From IMG/VR virus record IMGVR_UViG_3300030333_003061, positions 22,118-86,117 of that record: DNA of 64,000 nt; one strand, given 5' to 3'. Positions 28,172 to 38,560 of this stretch are shown here, in pieces. Position numbers and translations under genes: made by a program. This stretch comes from a virus. Every line of letters starts with the position of its first letter. Positions within the stretch are counted from its first letter, which is position 1. The notes beneath the pieces were generated by a model. That model ran no database searches. It was given only the letters and a program-made list of their open reading frames with translations, and was not told the DNA's origin.

Positions 28172-28546
28172 ATGTCTTGGTTTGGTATACTAAAAGCAGA
28201 ATTAGCAAAACCTGCTGTAGATGTTACTACAGGTAAAAGTCCTACTGAAGAATGTTGTAGTAAAACAATTGAATATATGAAATCAAAAGGAACGACTGGT
28301 ATACAAGGTTATATAAGAATTAATCAGAACCTACCTGTATCTGATGATAATATTGAATGGCGAGGAAATGCGCCTCTTGATGAATTAAATTGTGAGTTTA
28401 TTTATGAATGGCTAGAACAAGCAGCATTGAGTGACCGTGGAATGAATCGTACAAAGGTAAAAGCGAGAATGGCGAAATACAAAGACTTTTTGGATTATTG
28501 GGATAAATGCATGAAAGAGAAAGGAAATGCGGGAATGGAATTATGA
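28172..28546 (+). CDS. MxW-tagged protein with CC...C...C domain
   Basis: MSWFGILK; EECC...LNCE...WDKC. Confidence 0.65.
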   Translation: MSWFGILKAELAKPAVDVTTGKSPTEECCSKTIEYMKSKGTTGIQGYIRINQNLPVSDDNIEWRGNAPLDELNCEFIYEWLEQAALSDRGMNRTKVKARMAKYKDFLDYWDKCMKEKGNAGMEL

Positions 28547-29307
28547 CTTGGTTTACTGTTCTAAAAATGCCTAATCCTTTTGGTGGAAATTGGCAAACTT
28601 TAACAAGTTCTGAATATTATACAATGGATGATAATAATAAACAAGTTTATCATAATGCTATGCAAAGTTTTTATCAAAGACAAATTAAAAGAGCAGTTAC
28701 ACCAAGAAAAGCAGGTCAAGCCCCACCTGCAACAGATGACCAAATTAGAGGACTTAGAGAATTGTCTAGATTCCATGAAAGACAAAAGGACAGAATTAAG
28801 TTTGATAGTCCTAAAGATAACTATTATTCTTTAGATGAAGAAAAAGATAGAACAATGTATAAACCACGATATGATGCAGTTGAGAGAATGCCTCATACTA
28901 CTAAAGAAATGTATGATAAATATTCAAGAGAGGAAAAAATGAAGTATTGGGGTCGGTTGGCTGAAAAGATAAAAAGCGAATATGGACAAACAGATACAGT
29001 AGCATTTGCGAAAAAGATGTATCGGAGAATGGCAAACAATCCAAATTATAATCCACCATTTGAAGGAGATAAATCAACTAGAGAAGAATATGGAGATAAA
29101 CATAGGTTTAGAGATGTTAGCGAGTATGATAATTTTACAGATGAAGAAAAAAGAAAATATCATCTAAGAATGAGAGATAGAGCAAAGAAAGTAAACAAAA
29201 AAGATGAGATGAATTTTCATGGTAAAATGCATAGGCGAATAGACAATAATAGTCCTTTACCCACTTATCCTACACCTGAAGCACAAAAGGAGGCAGAAGA
29301 AGAATGA
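28543..29307 (+). CDS. MxW-tagged protein with three internal repeats
   Basis: MTWFTVLK; EY.....EK.KY repeats. Confidence 0.65.
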   Translation: MTWFTVLKMPNPFGGNWQTLTSSEYYTMDDNNKQVYHNAMQSFYQRQIKRAVTPRKAGQAPPATDDQIRGLRELSRFHERQKDRIKFDSPKDNYYSLDEEKDRTMYKPRYDAVERMPHTTKEMYDKYSREEKMKYWGRLAEKIKSEYGQTDTVAFAKKMYRRMANNPNYNPPFEGDKSTREEYGDKHRFRDVSEYDNFTDEEKRKYHLRMRDRAKKVNKKDEMNFHGKMHRRIDNNSPLPTYPTPEAQKEAEEE

Positions 29308-29663
29308 CTTGGTTTGATTTAGTTAAATCTGCAGAGATGAAAGAGTTTGAAATGCTCGCAAATAAATATGCAGATAAAGGAGATATGGTTCATTTAGATT
29401 ATCTTAGAAAGAAACATGGTAAAAGAAGCAATGAATTTTATGAAGCACTAAATATACAGATAACAAAGTATCTACAAGAAGAGCAAGATTGGCGTTCATT
29501 ACAAGATATTGCAAAGTCAATTAAAGAACAAAACCCTGGACTTAAGGACAAAGAAGAAAATCTAGAATCATTTTTAAGAAAAAGGTTGGAAACAATGAAT
29601 CTTACAACTAAGCAAGAAAGAGGCGTTGGAAGAACCGGAAAGAAAACATATTACAAGGTGTGA
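29304..29663 (+). CDS. MxW-tagged protein, possible winged helix
   Basis: MTWFDLVK; C-terminal ...GVGRTGKKTYYKV wing. Confidence 0.6.
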   Translation: MTWFDLVKSAEMKEFEMLANKYADKGDMVHLDYLRKKHGKRSNEFYEALNIQITKYLQEEQDWRSLQDIAKSIKEQNPGLKDKEENLESFLRKRLETMNLTTKQERGVGRTGKKTYYKV

Positions 29664-31726
29664 TTATTATGCCAGGCCAAATAAGAGTAATAGAATATCT
29701 TAATGAAGACCAGGTTCAAAAGATTTGGTATGAAAGAGTAGGTAAATTTTTAGGTTTTCCTGAATCTGGCGCAAATGCACTTTGGCCAAAAAATAGTGAA
29801 AGATATGGTGGTGATGGAACTACTATTTGGAGGCTCTTTTCGGGAGATGCTAGATTTCAAACTAAAACATGGTTAGGTTTTGGTGAAGGCTTACAATCAA
29901 ATGAAGCAATACCCTTAATGACCAGAACAGTAGCAGACACTGGAGATAAAGTAGTTTTTCTTGCTGGAGTATATGGTATAAATGAGGCAATGAGAACATA
30001 TTTAACAGCAGGAGGTAAAGAAGTTAGAAGAGGAAAACCATTAAAGGAATTAGTTTCTGCATATAAATTATTAAATCCTAATATAGAACCCGACCCTGTG
30101 CCGGAAGACCAAACAAGACTTGAAGATTTTGATGAAGAAGTTTCATGGGCTAAAGATGAAATGGAAGGATTTAAGAAACCTATAACTGACGAAGGAGAAA
30201 TAGTAATATCTGACCAAGAAAAAAGAATGGAATTAATGGCATTACTTCAAGAATTAGAACCTGGAAATTTATTTGATGAAACTCAAGCAGATATATTAGG
30301 AAGGTATGGTAATAATTGGATAATGTTAAGAATGTTTCCACCAAAAGACCAATATGCAAATATCCACTATAATAAATATATTTCTAATGGGTTTGTTAAG
30401 TTTGATGATTATGCAGATAAATTAATTAAGTTTTTAGATAGACAAATAACACTTGGAAATACCGGATTTACTAAAATCAATGAATATTTTAAAAGGATTG
30501 TAAAAGATGGCCCAAATTTAGGCGGCACAACAGGAGGAGCATTTTGGATGATTAGACCACCGAATAACAACAAACAGATATTAGAAATGTTTGGCGCATA
30601 TGAACAATTACCACTACAAAAAACATTCTTTGGAACAATTAAGAAATCAGATGTTAATTGGCAAAATATATTAAAGGCTGAAATGGCTCCAGCAGACGGC
30701 TCTCCACCTGATGATGAAGATGAAAAAGAAGATGAATATGATTACGCAAAGCCAGAAAAAGAAGAATTAGAAGATGGATTAAAGAGAATTAAACCATACG
30801 CAAGAGAAAGAGGAGATACCTTTATTATAGACGGAAAAGAGGAAACAGAAGGTGAATGGAAAAATTCTCCATTAGGGCAACAAGAAGTAGTAACAATGAA
30901 TTGGGAAGATTCCTGTTGTCAGAAATTAAAAGAAGATTTAATTAAACTGTATACTGTAGAATTAGACAATAGAAAGAAAGACATACATGAGGATAGAATT
31001 AGGCAAACTATATCAAACATGTCTTGTGCAGAATTGAGCGAATACATGGAACCTCCAACTGTAGCACCAAATAATTTTACAAATTTAAGATTTTTCGGAA
31101 TACTAGCAGGTGATTTAGACGGGGCTTTAAGGGAAGCATTTGATATACAAGGAATGGATGTTCATAGGTATTTATATGAGCAATATACTAAATGTTTAGA
31201 ATATCATCTCTCTAGTGTAATTAAGCCTCCTTCTGAATCAACTGACCCAGTAAAAGAAAAGTTAGATGTTCCAACAGGAGATATAGTTGTAGAAAGAGAT
31301 GTTCCTCCACATAGAGAATTTGAAGGATTTAGTTTTGATACTGGAACTTCAGATAAAGGTGAATTAACTGAAGACGAAAAGACTGAATATGAACGCATGA
31401 GAGAACAAGTCATTCACGGAAAACGAAAAGACACAAAAGACGATACATTCCAAGAAGAAGAAATGGCTCAACCAATGCAAGAAGAATGGTGGAGACAACA
31501 ACAACAAGATAGATTGATGCCATCAAAAGATAAATTTTTAAATGTATGGAATATGACTGTAAAAGGAATGAGAAATATACCATCAACGGTAAATAATGTT
31601 AAGAATGCAATTGAATGGCGAGATGCCAATGTAAGAGATAGATTTGGTTTTAGTGAACAACAATGGGCATATCTTTATAATAATTTTGAGAAAATACATG
31701 AAAAATATATGGGGTCGGGTTACTAA
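29660..31726 (+). CDS. large multidomain hypothetical protein with internal WxxILK tag
   Basis: 688 aa; internal VNWQNILKAE followed by a CC...C...C domain. Confidence 0.7.
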   Translation: MIIMPGQIRVIEYLNEDQVQKIWYERVGKFLGFPESGANALWPKNSERYGGDGTTIWRLFSGDARFQTKTWLGFGEGLQSNEAIPLMTRTVADTGDKVVFLAGVYGINEAMRTYLTAGGKEVRRGKPLKELVSAYKLLNPNIEPDPVPEDQTRLEDFDEEVSWAKDEMEGFKKPITDEGEIVISDQEKRMELMALLQELEPGNLFDETQADILGRYGNNWIMLRMFPPKDQYANIHYNKYISNGFVKFDDYADKLIKFLDRQITLGNTGFTKINEYFKRIVKDGPNLGGTTGGAFWMIRPPNNNKQILEMFGAYEQLPLQKTFFGTIKKSDVNWQNILKAEMAPADGSPPDDEDEKEDEYDYAKPEKEELEDGLKRIKPYARERGDTFIIDGKEETEGEWKNSPLGQQEVVTMNWEDSCCQKLKEDLIKLYTVELDNRKKDIHEDRIRQTISNMSCAELSEYMEPPTVAPNNFTNLRFFGILAGDLDGALREAFDIQGMDVHRYLYEQYTKCLEYHLSSVIKPPSESTDPVKEKLDVPTGDIVVERDVPPHREFEGFSFDTGTSDKGELTEDEKTEYERMREQVIHGKRKDTKDDTFQEEEMAQPMQEEWWRQQQQDRLMPSKDKFLNVWNMTVKGMRNIPSTVNNVKNAIEWRDANVRDRFGFSEQQWAYLYNNFEKIHEKYMGSGY

Positions 31727-32301
31727 TGACAATAGAATACCCAAATACAATTTTTGCTGAAGTAGAAATATATGAATTATGGAATAAACAACATGAGGAA
31801 GACCCTAAGAATTATATTAAATTTGAAATGAGAAAAGATAGAGTGCATTTATCATCACAATCTAGATTTCCTGGTATTTATTATGCGGCATTTAAGGATG
31901 GTAAAATCATTGCTTATTCTGGATGGAGAGAAGAACCGACTTTCTTTAGAATGAGTGGAACAAGGGTAGCAGAACACATGAAAAGAAAAGGTGTAGCGAA
32001 AACATTAATTGGAAAGAAAATAGAAGTAATTAATTCATCAAAGAAACCATCAATGGTGATTTTTAATAATGTAGATATTGCAGAAGCATGGAAAGAATCA
32101 TGGAAAAAATTAGGATGGGTTCCTCTTTCTGAACAATCAACTAAAGATAAACTTAGAGAAGTAACAGGAGATGATGAAATATATTTAATGTATCAAGATA
32201 AAGAAGATTCTTCTTTTGCATATTTCCCTTCTGGCTTTAATAAATCATGGGCAATCTTAACTAACTTTGAGAATCATATACTAAGATATGAGGGATTATG
32301 A
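31726..32301 (+). CDS. GNAT-family acetyltransferase
   Basis: GTRVAEHMKRKGVAKTLI matches acetyl-CoA motif A; WKKLGW matches motif B. Confidence 0.7.
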   Translation: MTIEYPNTIFAEVEIYELWNKQHEEDPKNYIKFEMRKDRVHLSSQSRFPGIYYAAFKDGKIIAYSGWREEPTFFRMSGTRVAEHMKRKGVAKTLIGKKIEVINSSKKPSMVIFNNVDIAEAWKESWKKLGWVPLSEQSTKDKLREVTGDDEIYLMYQDKEDSSFAYFPSGFNKSWAILTNFENHILRYEGL

Positions 32302-32432
32302 TGAATTGGTGGAATATAATTAAAGAAGGTGGAGCAGTAAGTTTTGGTGGTCATGGTGGTGGTAACCAAAGCGCATTATTCAACATAAGTTATGGAGAAA
32401 AGGAGGAAGAAGAAGATGCCGAAGAAAACTAA
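32298..32432 (+). CDS. MxW-tagged 44-aa peptide
   Basis: Manual translation MMNWWNIIKEGGAVSFGGHGGG...EEEEDAEEN. Confidence 0.55.
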   Translation: MMNWWNIIKEGGAVSFGGHGGGNQSALFNISYGEKEEEEDAEEN

Positions 32433-33573
32433 ATCAACTAAGAAATCTAGAATTACAATAGAAAGAGATGGTAATGAAGTTGAACAAGTGTTTGACCAAG
32501 CCAAGTTTAAGAAATCATTTGATAAGTGGAAGGATGATTGTGCAGCATCAGGTGAAGACCTTAGAATGAAAACAAACACGAATTCATTATTGGATATGGT
32601 TGCTAATCATGGTAAAACACATAGACCTCAAACAAAAGATAAAAATGCCATTGGTGCATCAGAAGTAGTTAAGAAATTATCTGAAATTCTAGATAACGAA
32701 GAAGGAATAGAAGAACCAGACCAAAAGTTCATTGATGACGCAATTAAGCAATTAGAAGAAATAGAAAAGGAAAATAATCCTAGAAATATATTATTTACAA
32801 TACCAATTGTTTCAAGAGTAAATAGAAAAACTTTAGAATATGATGAAGACACAGATGTTGTACAGATATATGGTCATTATAGAACTCCAGATTATGTTAA
32901 ATTTAGAAACTTAAAAGCAAAACTGAGAGAAAATGTAGACAAAGAAGATATGCCTCCTGCACCGACTAGTTGGTGGGATAAAGATAAAGATAAAGCAAAA
33001 CCTCCTCTTTGGCAAGCATTGTTTGCTGATGGTGATGGTGATGTTGTTTCCAAAGGATTATTACCAGTATTACGAGAAGCAGCAGAAATGGTAGATGATG
33101 ATAACATTAAATTACAACACTTAAGATTAAGAATTAAAGATAGTGGTTCTGGTGCTACAGCAAAAGATTTATGGTCAATTCCTGAAGTTCAAAAATGGGT
33201 TAAACAACAAGTAGGAAAGGAAAATAATCCAGGTGTAGGTATAAATAAAACTTCAGGAAACTTTAGAGATTCTCATTATGCTGAAACTGCTATGCCTAGT
33301 GTTAAATTCCCTGTTAAGTCAATTAGAGAAAGTAATTTCATAAAAGACTTAGCAGGATTTGAAGATATAGTAGGTAATTTAATTACTTATTCTGTTATTA
33401 TAACTAGAAGGCAGATGAGAAATCTTGCTATATTAGCGGGTTGTAAGAAAAGACCAGGCAAAGATACAGTTTATATGCCTGGAGTAGCAGAAGAAGATAA
33501 AGTAGTAGAAGAAGATAAAGAGTCTGACACAAAATTGAAAATGGATTGGCGAACAGTATTAAAGGGGAATTAA
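32416..33573 (+). CDS. hypothetical protein with C-terminal MDWRTVLK tag
   Basis: Long ORF ending ...KMDWRTVLKGN. Confidence 0.7.
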   Translation: MPKKTKSTKKSRITIERDGNEVEQVFDQAKFKKSFDKWKDDCAASGEDLRMKTNTNSLLDMVANHGKTHRPQTKDKNAIGASEVVKKLSEILDNEEGIEEPDQKFIDDAIKQLEEIEKENNPRNILFTIPIVSRVNRKTLEYDEDTDVVQIYGHYRTPDYVKFRNLKAKLRENVDKEDMPPAPTSWWDKDKDKAKPPLWQALFADGDGDVVSKGLLPVLREAAEMVDDDNIKLQHLRLRIKDSGSGATAKDLWSIPEVQKWVKQQVGKENNPGVGINKTSGNFRDSHYAETAMPSVKFPVKSIRESNFIKDLAGFEDIVGNLITYSVIITRRQMRNLAILAGCKKRPGKDTVYMPGVAEEDKVVEEDKESDTKLKMDWRTVLKGN

Positions 33574-33574
33574 T

Positions 33575-33805
33575 ATGACTTGGATGAAAATAATAAAACA
33601 GGAACAATTAATTCAACAAACATATAAACAATTTAAGGAACAAAATGCACATCTTTGGGCAGAAGCATCACAATTAGCAGGACAAGGAGAAATTGCAACA
33701 TTAGACTCTATAGTTTTAAGCGCAATTAAAGAAAATCTAAACAAACCAAATATGATGGAGATTGTTAAGATAACAGCAGAAAACTATATATTAAAGGATT
33801 GGTAA
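33575..33805 (+). CDS. MxW-tagged small protein
   Basis: MTWMKIIK. Confidence 0.6.
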   Translation: MTWMKIIKQEQLIQQTYKQFKEQNAHLWAEASQLAGQGEIATLDSIVLSAIKENLNKPNMMEIVKITAENYILKDW

Positions 33806-34464
33806 ATATGGTGAAGAGAAAGAGATGTAAATTCTGTAATCACGAAGACCGTGATGATTTAGAAGCACAGTTAGAAACATTGGCTATTGCAGCAGATGAT
33901 TTAGATAAACAGATGAATTGGCCTAGTGGAACTTCTGCTAGGCATCAGAGGAATCACATGGGAGATTATGTGGATGCGTCTAATCCTAGATGTAATCTAT
34001 GCACCCATGAATTAAGACCGATGTTAGAAGAAAAATTGAGTGAAGGAGATATTACTCCTAATGCAGTAGCATTGATGGTAGAATGTAGCGAAGAACAAGT
34101 AAAGCGACATATGACGAAGCATCTCCAACCACTCGTTCAAAAATCGGCAGCAAACATTATAGCGAGGAAAGAAGTAGACGAAATCGAGTCACTATCCCGA
34201 AACATAACTAGGCTTGAACAAAAAATTGATGTATTATTCGACCAAGAAGAAATGCACCCTAAGTATGTTGATAGTTTGACTAAACTTGCAAAGGAGATAA
34301 GAGAAAGCCTAAGATATCTTATGGAGTTCAAAGGAAAACTCGTTCATAAAAGGCAAGACACAGTTATTGTAGCGCAAATGCAAATAGTTCAAGAGGTATT
34401 AGCACAGAATCACCCTCAAGTTTGGTTAGATGTTAAAAGTAAAATGGAGGAGAAGTTACAATGA
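33799..34464 (+). CDS. putative terminase small subunit / DNA-binding protein
   Basis: Two CxxCxH...HxxxH HTH-like repeats plus a coiled coil; lies upstream of TerL. Confidence 0.45.
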   Translation: MVNMVKRKRCKFCNHEDRDDLEAQLETLAIAADDLDKQMNWPSGTSARHQRNHMGDYVDASNPRCNLCTHELRPMLEEKLSEGDITPNAVALMVECSEEQVKRHMTKHLQPLVQKSAANIIARKEVDEIESLSRNITRLEQKIDVLFDQEEMHPKYVDSLTKLAKEIRESLRYLMEFKGKLVHKRQDTVIVAQMQIVQEVLAQNHPQVWLDVKSKMEEKLQ

Positions 34465-34787
34465 GTTGGGAAAATATTATGAAAATAAGAGTTAATTGGG
34501 ATAAAGATAAGGCTTGGCCTAGTCCTGATACTTGGTATGAGGATATGGATACGGTAATATACATAGGAATGGTATTTGAAGATTTATTTGGGCTTGGAAC
34601 TGGTGGTGAATCCGTTTGGTATTATATTACTAAACCTTACAAATATACACCTGAATACACAGTGTTGCGAGAGGCTGCTTTAAAATTAAATTTAGATGCA
34701 GAAGGACTTGATAATTGGATGGATAAAAATAATGTTCATTACATTGATGAACTAGAACAGAGAATAAAAGAAGGTGATTTACAATGA
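34461..34787 (+). CDS. MxW-tagged hypothetical protein
   Basis: MSWENIMK. Confidence 0.6.
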   Translation: MSWENIMKIRVNWDKDKAWPSPDTWYEDMDTVIYIGMVFEDLFGLGTGGESVWYYITKPYKYTPEYTVLREAALKLNLDAEGLDNWMDKNNVHYIDELEQRIKEGDLQ

Positions 34788-34854
34788 GGCCAACAACCTG
34801 CTCAATGTTTCTTACTTGTTTAAGAGAAATCTTTGAAGGCATGGAGGAATTAGA

Positions 34855-35016
34855 ATGAGTTGGGAATTAACATTAAAAGCATTGCGTTGCCCTTCTTGTG
34901 GTCAAAAGACTTTAGAAACTGTTAAACATGATAGATTTGAAAGACAGGGATTAAGAAGAAAAGATAGGGGAATTATGGAATGCACAAAATGTGGCCATAG
35001 AGAAGTATTTAGGTGA
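34855..35016 (+). CDS. MxW-tagged Zn-ribbon peptide (53 aa)
   Basis: Manual translation MSWELTLKALRCPSCG...ECTKCGH. Confidence 0.6.
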   Translation: MSWELTLKALRCPSCGQKTLETVKHDRFERQGLRRKDRGIMECTKCGHREVFR

Positions 35017-35405
35017 GAACAATGGATAAAATATGGGAAGAGACTATTAAGAAAGATTGCGGTTGTAGCAACTGCGAATGTGGAAATATGAAAAAGGCTA
35101 TATTAAAGCCAAGACCACCAAGAATAAAAACTGCACCTAAAACTAATCCAACGGTTGCTCAACCAACTGATAACAACCCTGATGATGACGATGATTATGA
35201 ATCATTACCTGAGAGATGTATGTGTAATTGGCCTAAATGTAAAAGAAAGGCAAGGTGGGGTTGTAGATGGTGTTCTGCTAGAATGTGTAATTATCATCAT
35301 GCTCAAGTAACAGATAGAAAGGTAGGAATACCGGGAACAAGTGCTTCAGAAATACATAACTTTGGAACAGGCACTTGTGTAGGAGAAGAATGGGTGTGGG
35401 ATTAA
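35013..35405 (+). CDS. Cys-rich Zn-finger protein with variant tag
   Basis: MDKIWEETIKK; C-terminal Cys/His cluster resembling that of the 25853 ORF. Confidence 0.6.
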   Translation: MRTMDKIWEETIKKDCGCSNCECGNMKKAILKPRPPRIKTAPKTNPTVAQPTDNNPDDDDDYESLPERCMCNWPKCKRKARWGCRWCSARMCNYHHAQVTDRKVGIPGTSASEIHNFGTGTCVGEEWVWD

Positions 35406-35545
35406 TGTCTTGGAAAAAGATATTAAAAGAAGATGAAGGATTAGGAGATACAGTATCTAGGATTACTAAAAGACTTGGAATAAAAGAATGTAAACCTTGT
35501 GCTGCTAGAAAGAAAAAATTAAACAGGATGGTGAAATATAAATGA
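35405..35545 (+). CDS. MxW-tagged 46-aa peptide
   Basis: Manual translation MSWKKILKEDEGLGDTV...CKPCAARKKKLN. Confidence 0.6.
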   Translation: MSWKKILKEDEGLGDTVSRITKRLGIKECKPCAARKKKLNRMVKYK

Positions 35546-36552
35546 CACATTGGTTTTCTGTATTAAAGATGCCTTGGGATGCTAGAAGAAGAGGTTGGAA
35601 GAAAGCCACTTATTGGGAGGCTAATCCAGAAGCAATCAAATATTGGGTAATGGATAATTCTGTTGGTGCATCTGCTATTCTTCCACAACAAGGATATGAA
35701 GGAATGGAACTATTTAGCAATAAATTAGTTAATCCTACATTTGACCCACCACATGACCTTCCAACAAATAGATGGAATCCTCGTCAATATTTAGAAGACG
35801 GTAGAGTAGGCATCTTCGCAGTATTTAATTGGAGAAGTGAACAATTAGTTCAAAAATGGGAAGTAATGCAGTTAAGTTCTGATGACCCAGATGCTGGCGC
35901 AGAAATGCATGGAGCATTTACAGGAGCAATTACTCTTGAATTACAACCAGACCATATCGGATTAATGGTAACTCAAGTTGCCCCTTACAATAAAGAGGCC
36001 CAAAAAGTAGAATGGAAAGATGCTAAGATGGAAGTGGATATATTCTATCCTAGAGATTCTACTTGGTTTGGTGAAGGAAGGGCAAGAGATGCACAAAGAT
36101 ATGGTGGAGAAAGAGCAAGAACCGGAGGATTAGAAACATTAACAAATGCGGAAGGTGCAATACTTTGGATATATACAAACATTAAAAATTTAAAAGAGAA
36201 AAGAAGTGCATTGGCTGATTTTAATTTAGGTAGCACTGATAAAACAGAAAATAAAAGATTAGAAGGTTTGTTTCAAAGAGGATTCTTTAGGTCATCTGGC
36301 CGAGACCAATATGAAGGCGGAGAAGAAAAGAGAGCATTACCTATTATATCAGATAAAGGTAAGGCACATGCTCCTGAAATGACTAGAGACCAATTCTTTA
36401 GTAAATTTAGAACTGAAGTAATGAATAACCCTAATGAATTATTAGTCTTAAAAGACCACGGAGAATGGGTTGACCCTGAAATAGGTTTTGATGTTGCAGT
36501 AGAACAAGAAGATAGAAGACCAGATTATATGAGAAGAATGGAAGATGACTGA
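35542..36552 (+). CDS. MxW-tagged hypothetical protein
   Basis: MTHWFSVLK. Confidence 0.7.
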   Translation: MTHWFSVLKMPWDARRRGWKKATYWEANPEAIKYWVMDNSVGASAILPQQGYEGMELFSNKLVNPTFDPPHDLPTNRWNPRQYLEDGRVGIFAVFNWRSEQLVQKWEVMQLSSDDPDAGAEMHGAFTGAITLELQPDHIGLMVTQVAPYNKEAQKVEWKDAKMEVDIFYPRDSTWFGEGRARDAQRYGGERARTGGLETLTNAEGAILWIYTNIKNLKEKRSALADFNLGSTDKTENKRLEGLFQRGFFRSSGRDQYEGGEEKRALPIISDKGKAHAPEMTRDQFFSKFRTEVMNNPNELLVLKDHGEWVDPEIGFDVAVEQEDRRPDYMRRMEDD

Positions 36553-38560
36553 AATGACTTGGTTAGAACTTCTTAAGGCAATTCCTGCACCAGCAGAAAT
36601 AGAAGGAAATTTAATGTCTGAAGAAGGTCTAAATAGAATTGCGTTAGAATTTGAAAGAGCATTAGAATCAGGAGAAACTAGAAATCTTAGAACATCAAGA
36701 AAAAAGATAGAACAGTTTGCTGCTGGCGAAACAGGGGGTATATCTGGAGATATAGCAGAAGAAATTATTGAACGCGCTAAGAGAGCCAAAGAAACATTAG
36801 ATGAATTGTTTAAAGATAGAGACGCACAAGGAAAAGAACTTGGCCCTAGAACTACACCAAAAATTACTGATGAGTTATTAACTGAAGCCATATCTGAATA
36901 TAATGATGGTAACAAAGAAAAATTAATTAATTGGCTTGGAGAGAATAAGGAAAATAGACACACTAAATCAAGACAAAGGATTCTTAGAAATAATAGAGAA
37001 GCAATTAGAAATTTACCAACAGATGACGATGATTTATTTTATGTAACATTTAAACAAGGAACAAAATATGTAACACAACCTACTCCTAGTGATGAACCTT
37101 TTTCTATAGATGATGCAAAACAGGCTTTCTCTGAAATAGAAGGAATAGAAATTGAAGAAGACAAGTCAATCATTCCACCAGAAAGAATGAATAAATCTGA
37201 GTATACTAAATTTGAAAATGTAATAGAACAATTAAAAGCAGATAAGAAATCTGTATATAAATTAAAAGGTAAAAGAATCCCTTCTACCTTATGGAGTGTA
37301 GTAGGAGATGAATTAAGTTCTGATGAAATCAGACAAAAAGAAAGATTTGAAGAAGATGGTGTAGTAGCATACAGAGGTAATGTAACTACTTCTCAACAAG
37401 TATTAGATTATTTTGAATTATTAACTAAAAAGGGTTGGGGTAATAAAACTATATTTATGCCAGATAGTATTCTTAGTCAGAAAAAAGATTCACAAGCAAT
37501 GAATTCAATAATAGGAGGAGGGCAAACTGGAGGATGGGGTGCTCAAAAAACTATATCAACAAATTTAAAAACAATATTACAAAATCCTACTTTTGATACA
37601 CAAAAAATGTTAGAAACAAAAGAAACAGAACGATTAATGATTCCTCAACAATTAAGAAAATTAATTGCTGGAAATGAAATGGATGAGGAAACTAAAGAAT
37701 TAATTGGAAGAGCACAAATAACTTCAGATGAACTTAATAATCTAAGAACGGCAGCACAAAAAACTGGCCCGTCTAAATATATTGATTGGCCCAAATTCCA
37801 AAAAGTAATACAATCAAGAAAAAATGCAACATTAAAAGATTCCTTTGATAAATTACAAGGAGCAATGGGCGGAGTAATGGAAAATTTATTTAATGAAGAA
37901 GAAGTTAAATTCTTTGAAGGACTTAAAGGTAAAACAGAAGATGAAGTAGAAGAAGAAATTTCTGAATTTTATGGTGTTGATGAAGATACTGTATTAGACA
38001 GTGAAGTTACCATTCCAACTAGAAGAATAGTAAGAGCAGAGAATATATTTGTTCCCACATCAGCATCACACTATAAATTAGATACTTCACATGCTCATAG
38101 AGATAGAGATACATTTACTAGAGTATTTAGAACATTTAGAAATAATAAGTATTCAATTGATGTAGAAGGGGAACCGATAGAATCAGCAGATGAACAAACA
38201 AATGTTAAAAGTTTAGCAGGGACTGGAGTTCTTGATTTAATTATGGATATAGATTTTTATTATCACAGGAAGTTAATAGAAGAATGGAATAATGTATTAG
38301 ATGAAGAAGACAATACAAGACGAGATGAATTAATAATAGAATTATTACCTAAATTAAAAGAAGAATATCCAAAAATAATTGAGGCTTTAGTTACAGCAAC
38401 AAATGATAAAATGAATCACATTATACAGAATAGAGAAGATTATATAAAAGCAATGCGATTTAAGGTAAAAGGAAAAAGGAAAAAGCAAACATATGAAATC
38501 TTAAATAAATTATCGGAAAAGAATTTAATAGTTAAAATAGGAAGTGATGGAAATGAGTAG
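36545..38560 (+). CDS. large MxW-tagged helical protein
   Basis: MTEMTWLELLKA; 671 aa. Confidence 0.75.
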   Translation: MTEMTWLELLKAIPAPAEIEGNLMSEEGLNRIALEFERALESGETRNLRTSRKKIEQFAAGETGGISGDIAEEIIERAKRAKETLDELFKDRDAQGKELGPRTTPKITDELLTEAISEYNDGNKEKLINWLGENKENRHTKSRQRILRNNREAIRNLPTDDDDLFYVTFKQGTKYVTQPTPSDEPFSIDDAKQAFSEIEGIEIEEDKSIIPPERMNKSEYTKFENVIEQLKADKKSVYKLKGKRIPSTLWSVVGDELSSDEIRQKERFEEDGVVAYRGNVTTSQQVLDYFELLTKKGWGNKTIFMPDSILSQKKDSQAMNSIIGGGQTGGWGAQKTISTNLKTILQNPTFDTQKMLETKETERLMIPQQLRKLIAGNEMDEETKELIGRAQITSDELNNLRTAAQKTGPSKYIDWPKFQKVIQSRKNATLKDSFDKLQGAMGGVMENLFNEEEVKFFEGLKGKTEDEVEEEISEFYGVDEDTVLDSEVTIPTRRIVRAENIFVPTSASHYKLDTSHAHRDRDTFTRVFRTFRNNKYSIDVEGEPIESADEQTNVKSLAGTGVLDLIMDIDFYYHRKLIEEWNNVLDEEDNTRRDELIIELLPKLKEEYPKIIEALVTATNDKMNHIIQNREDYIKAMRFKVKGKRKKQTYEILNKLSEKNLIVKIGSDGNE

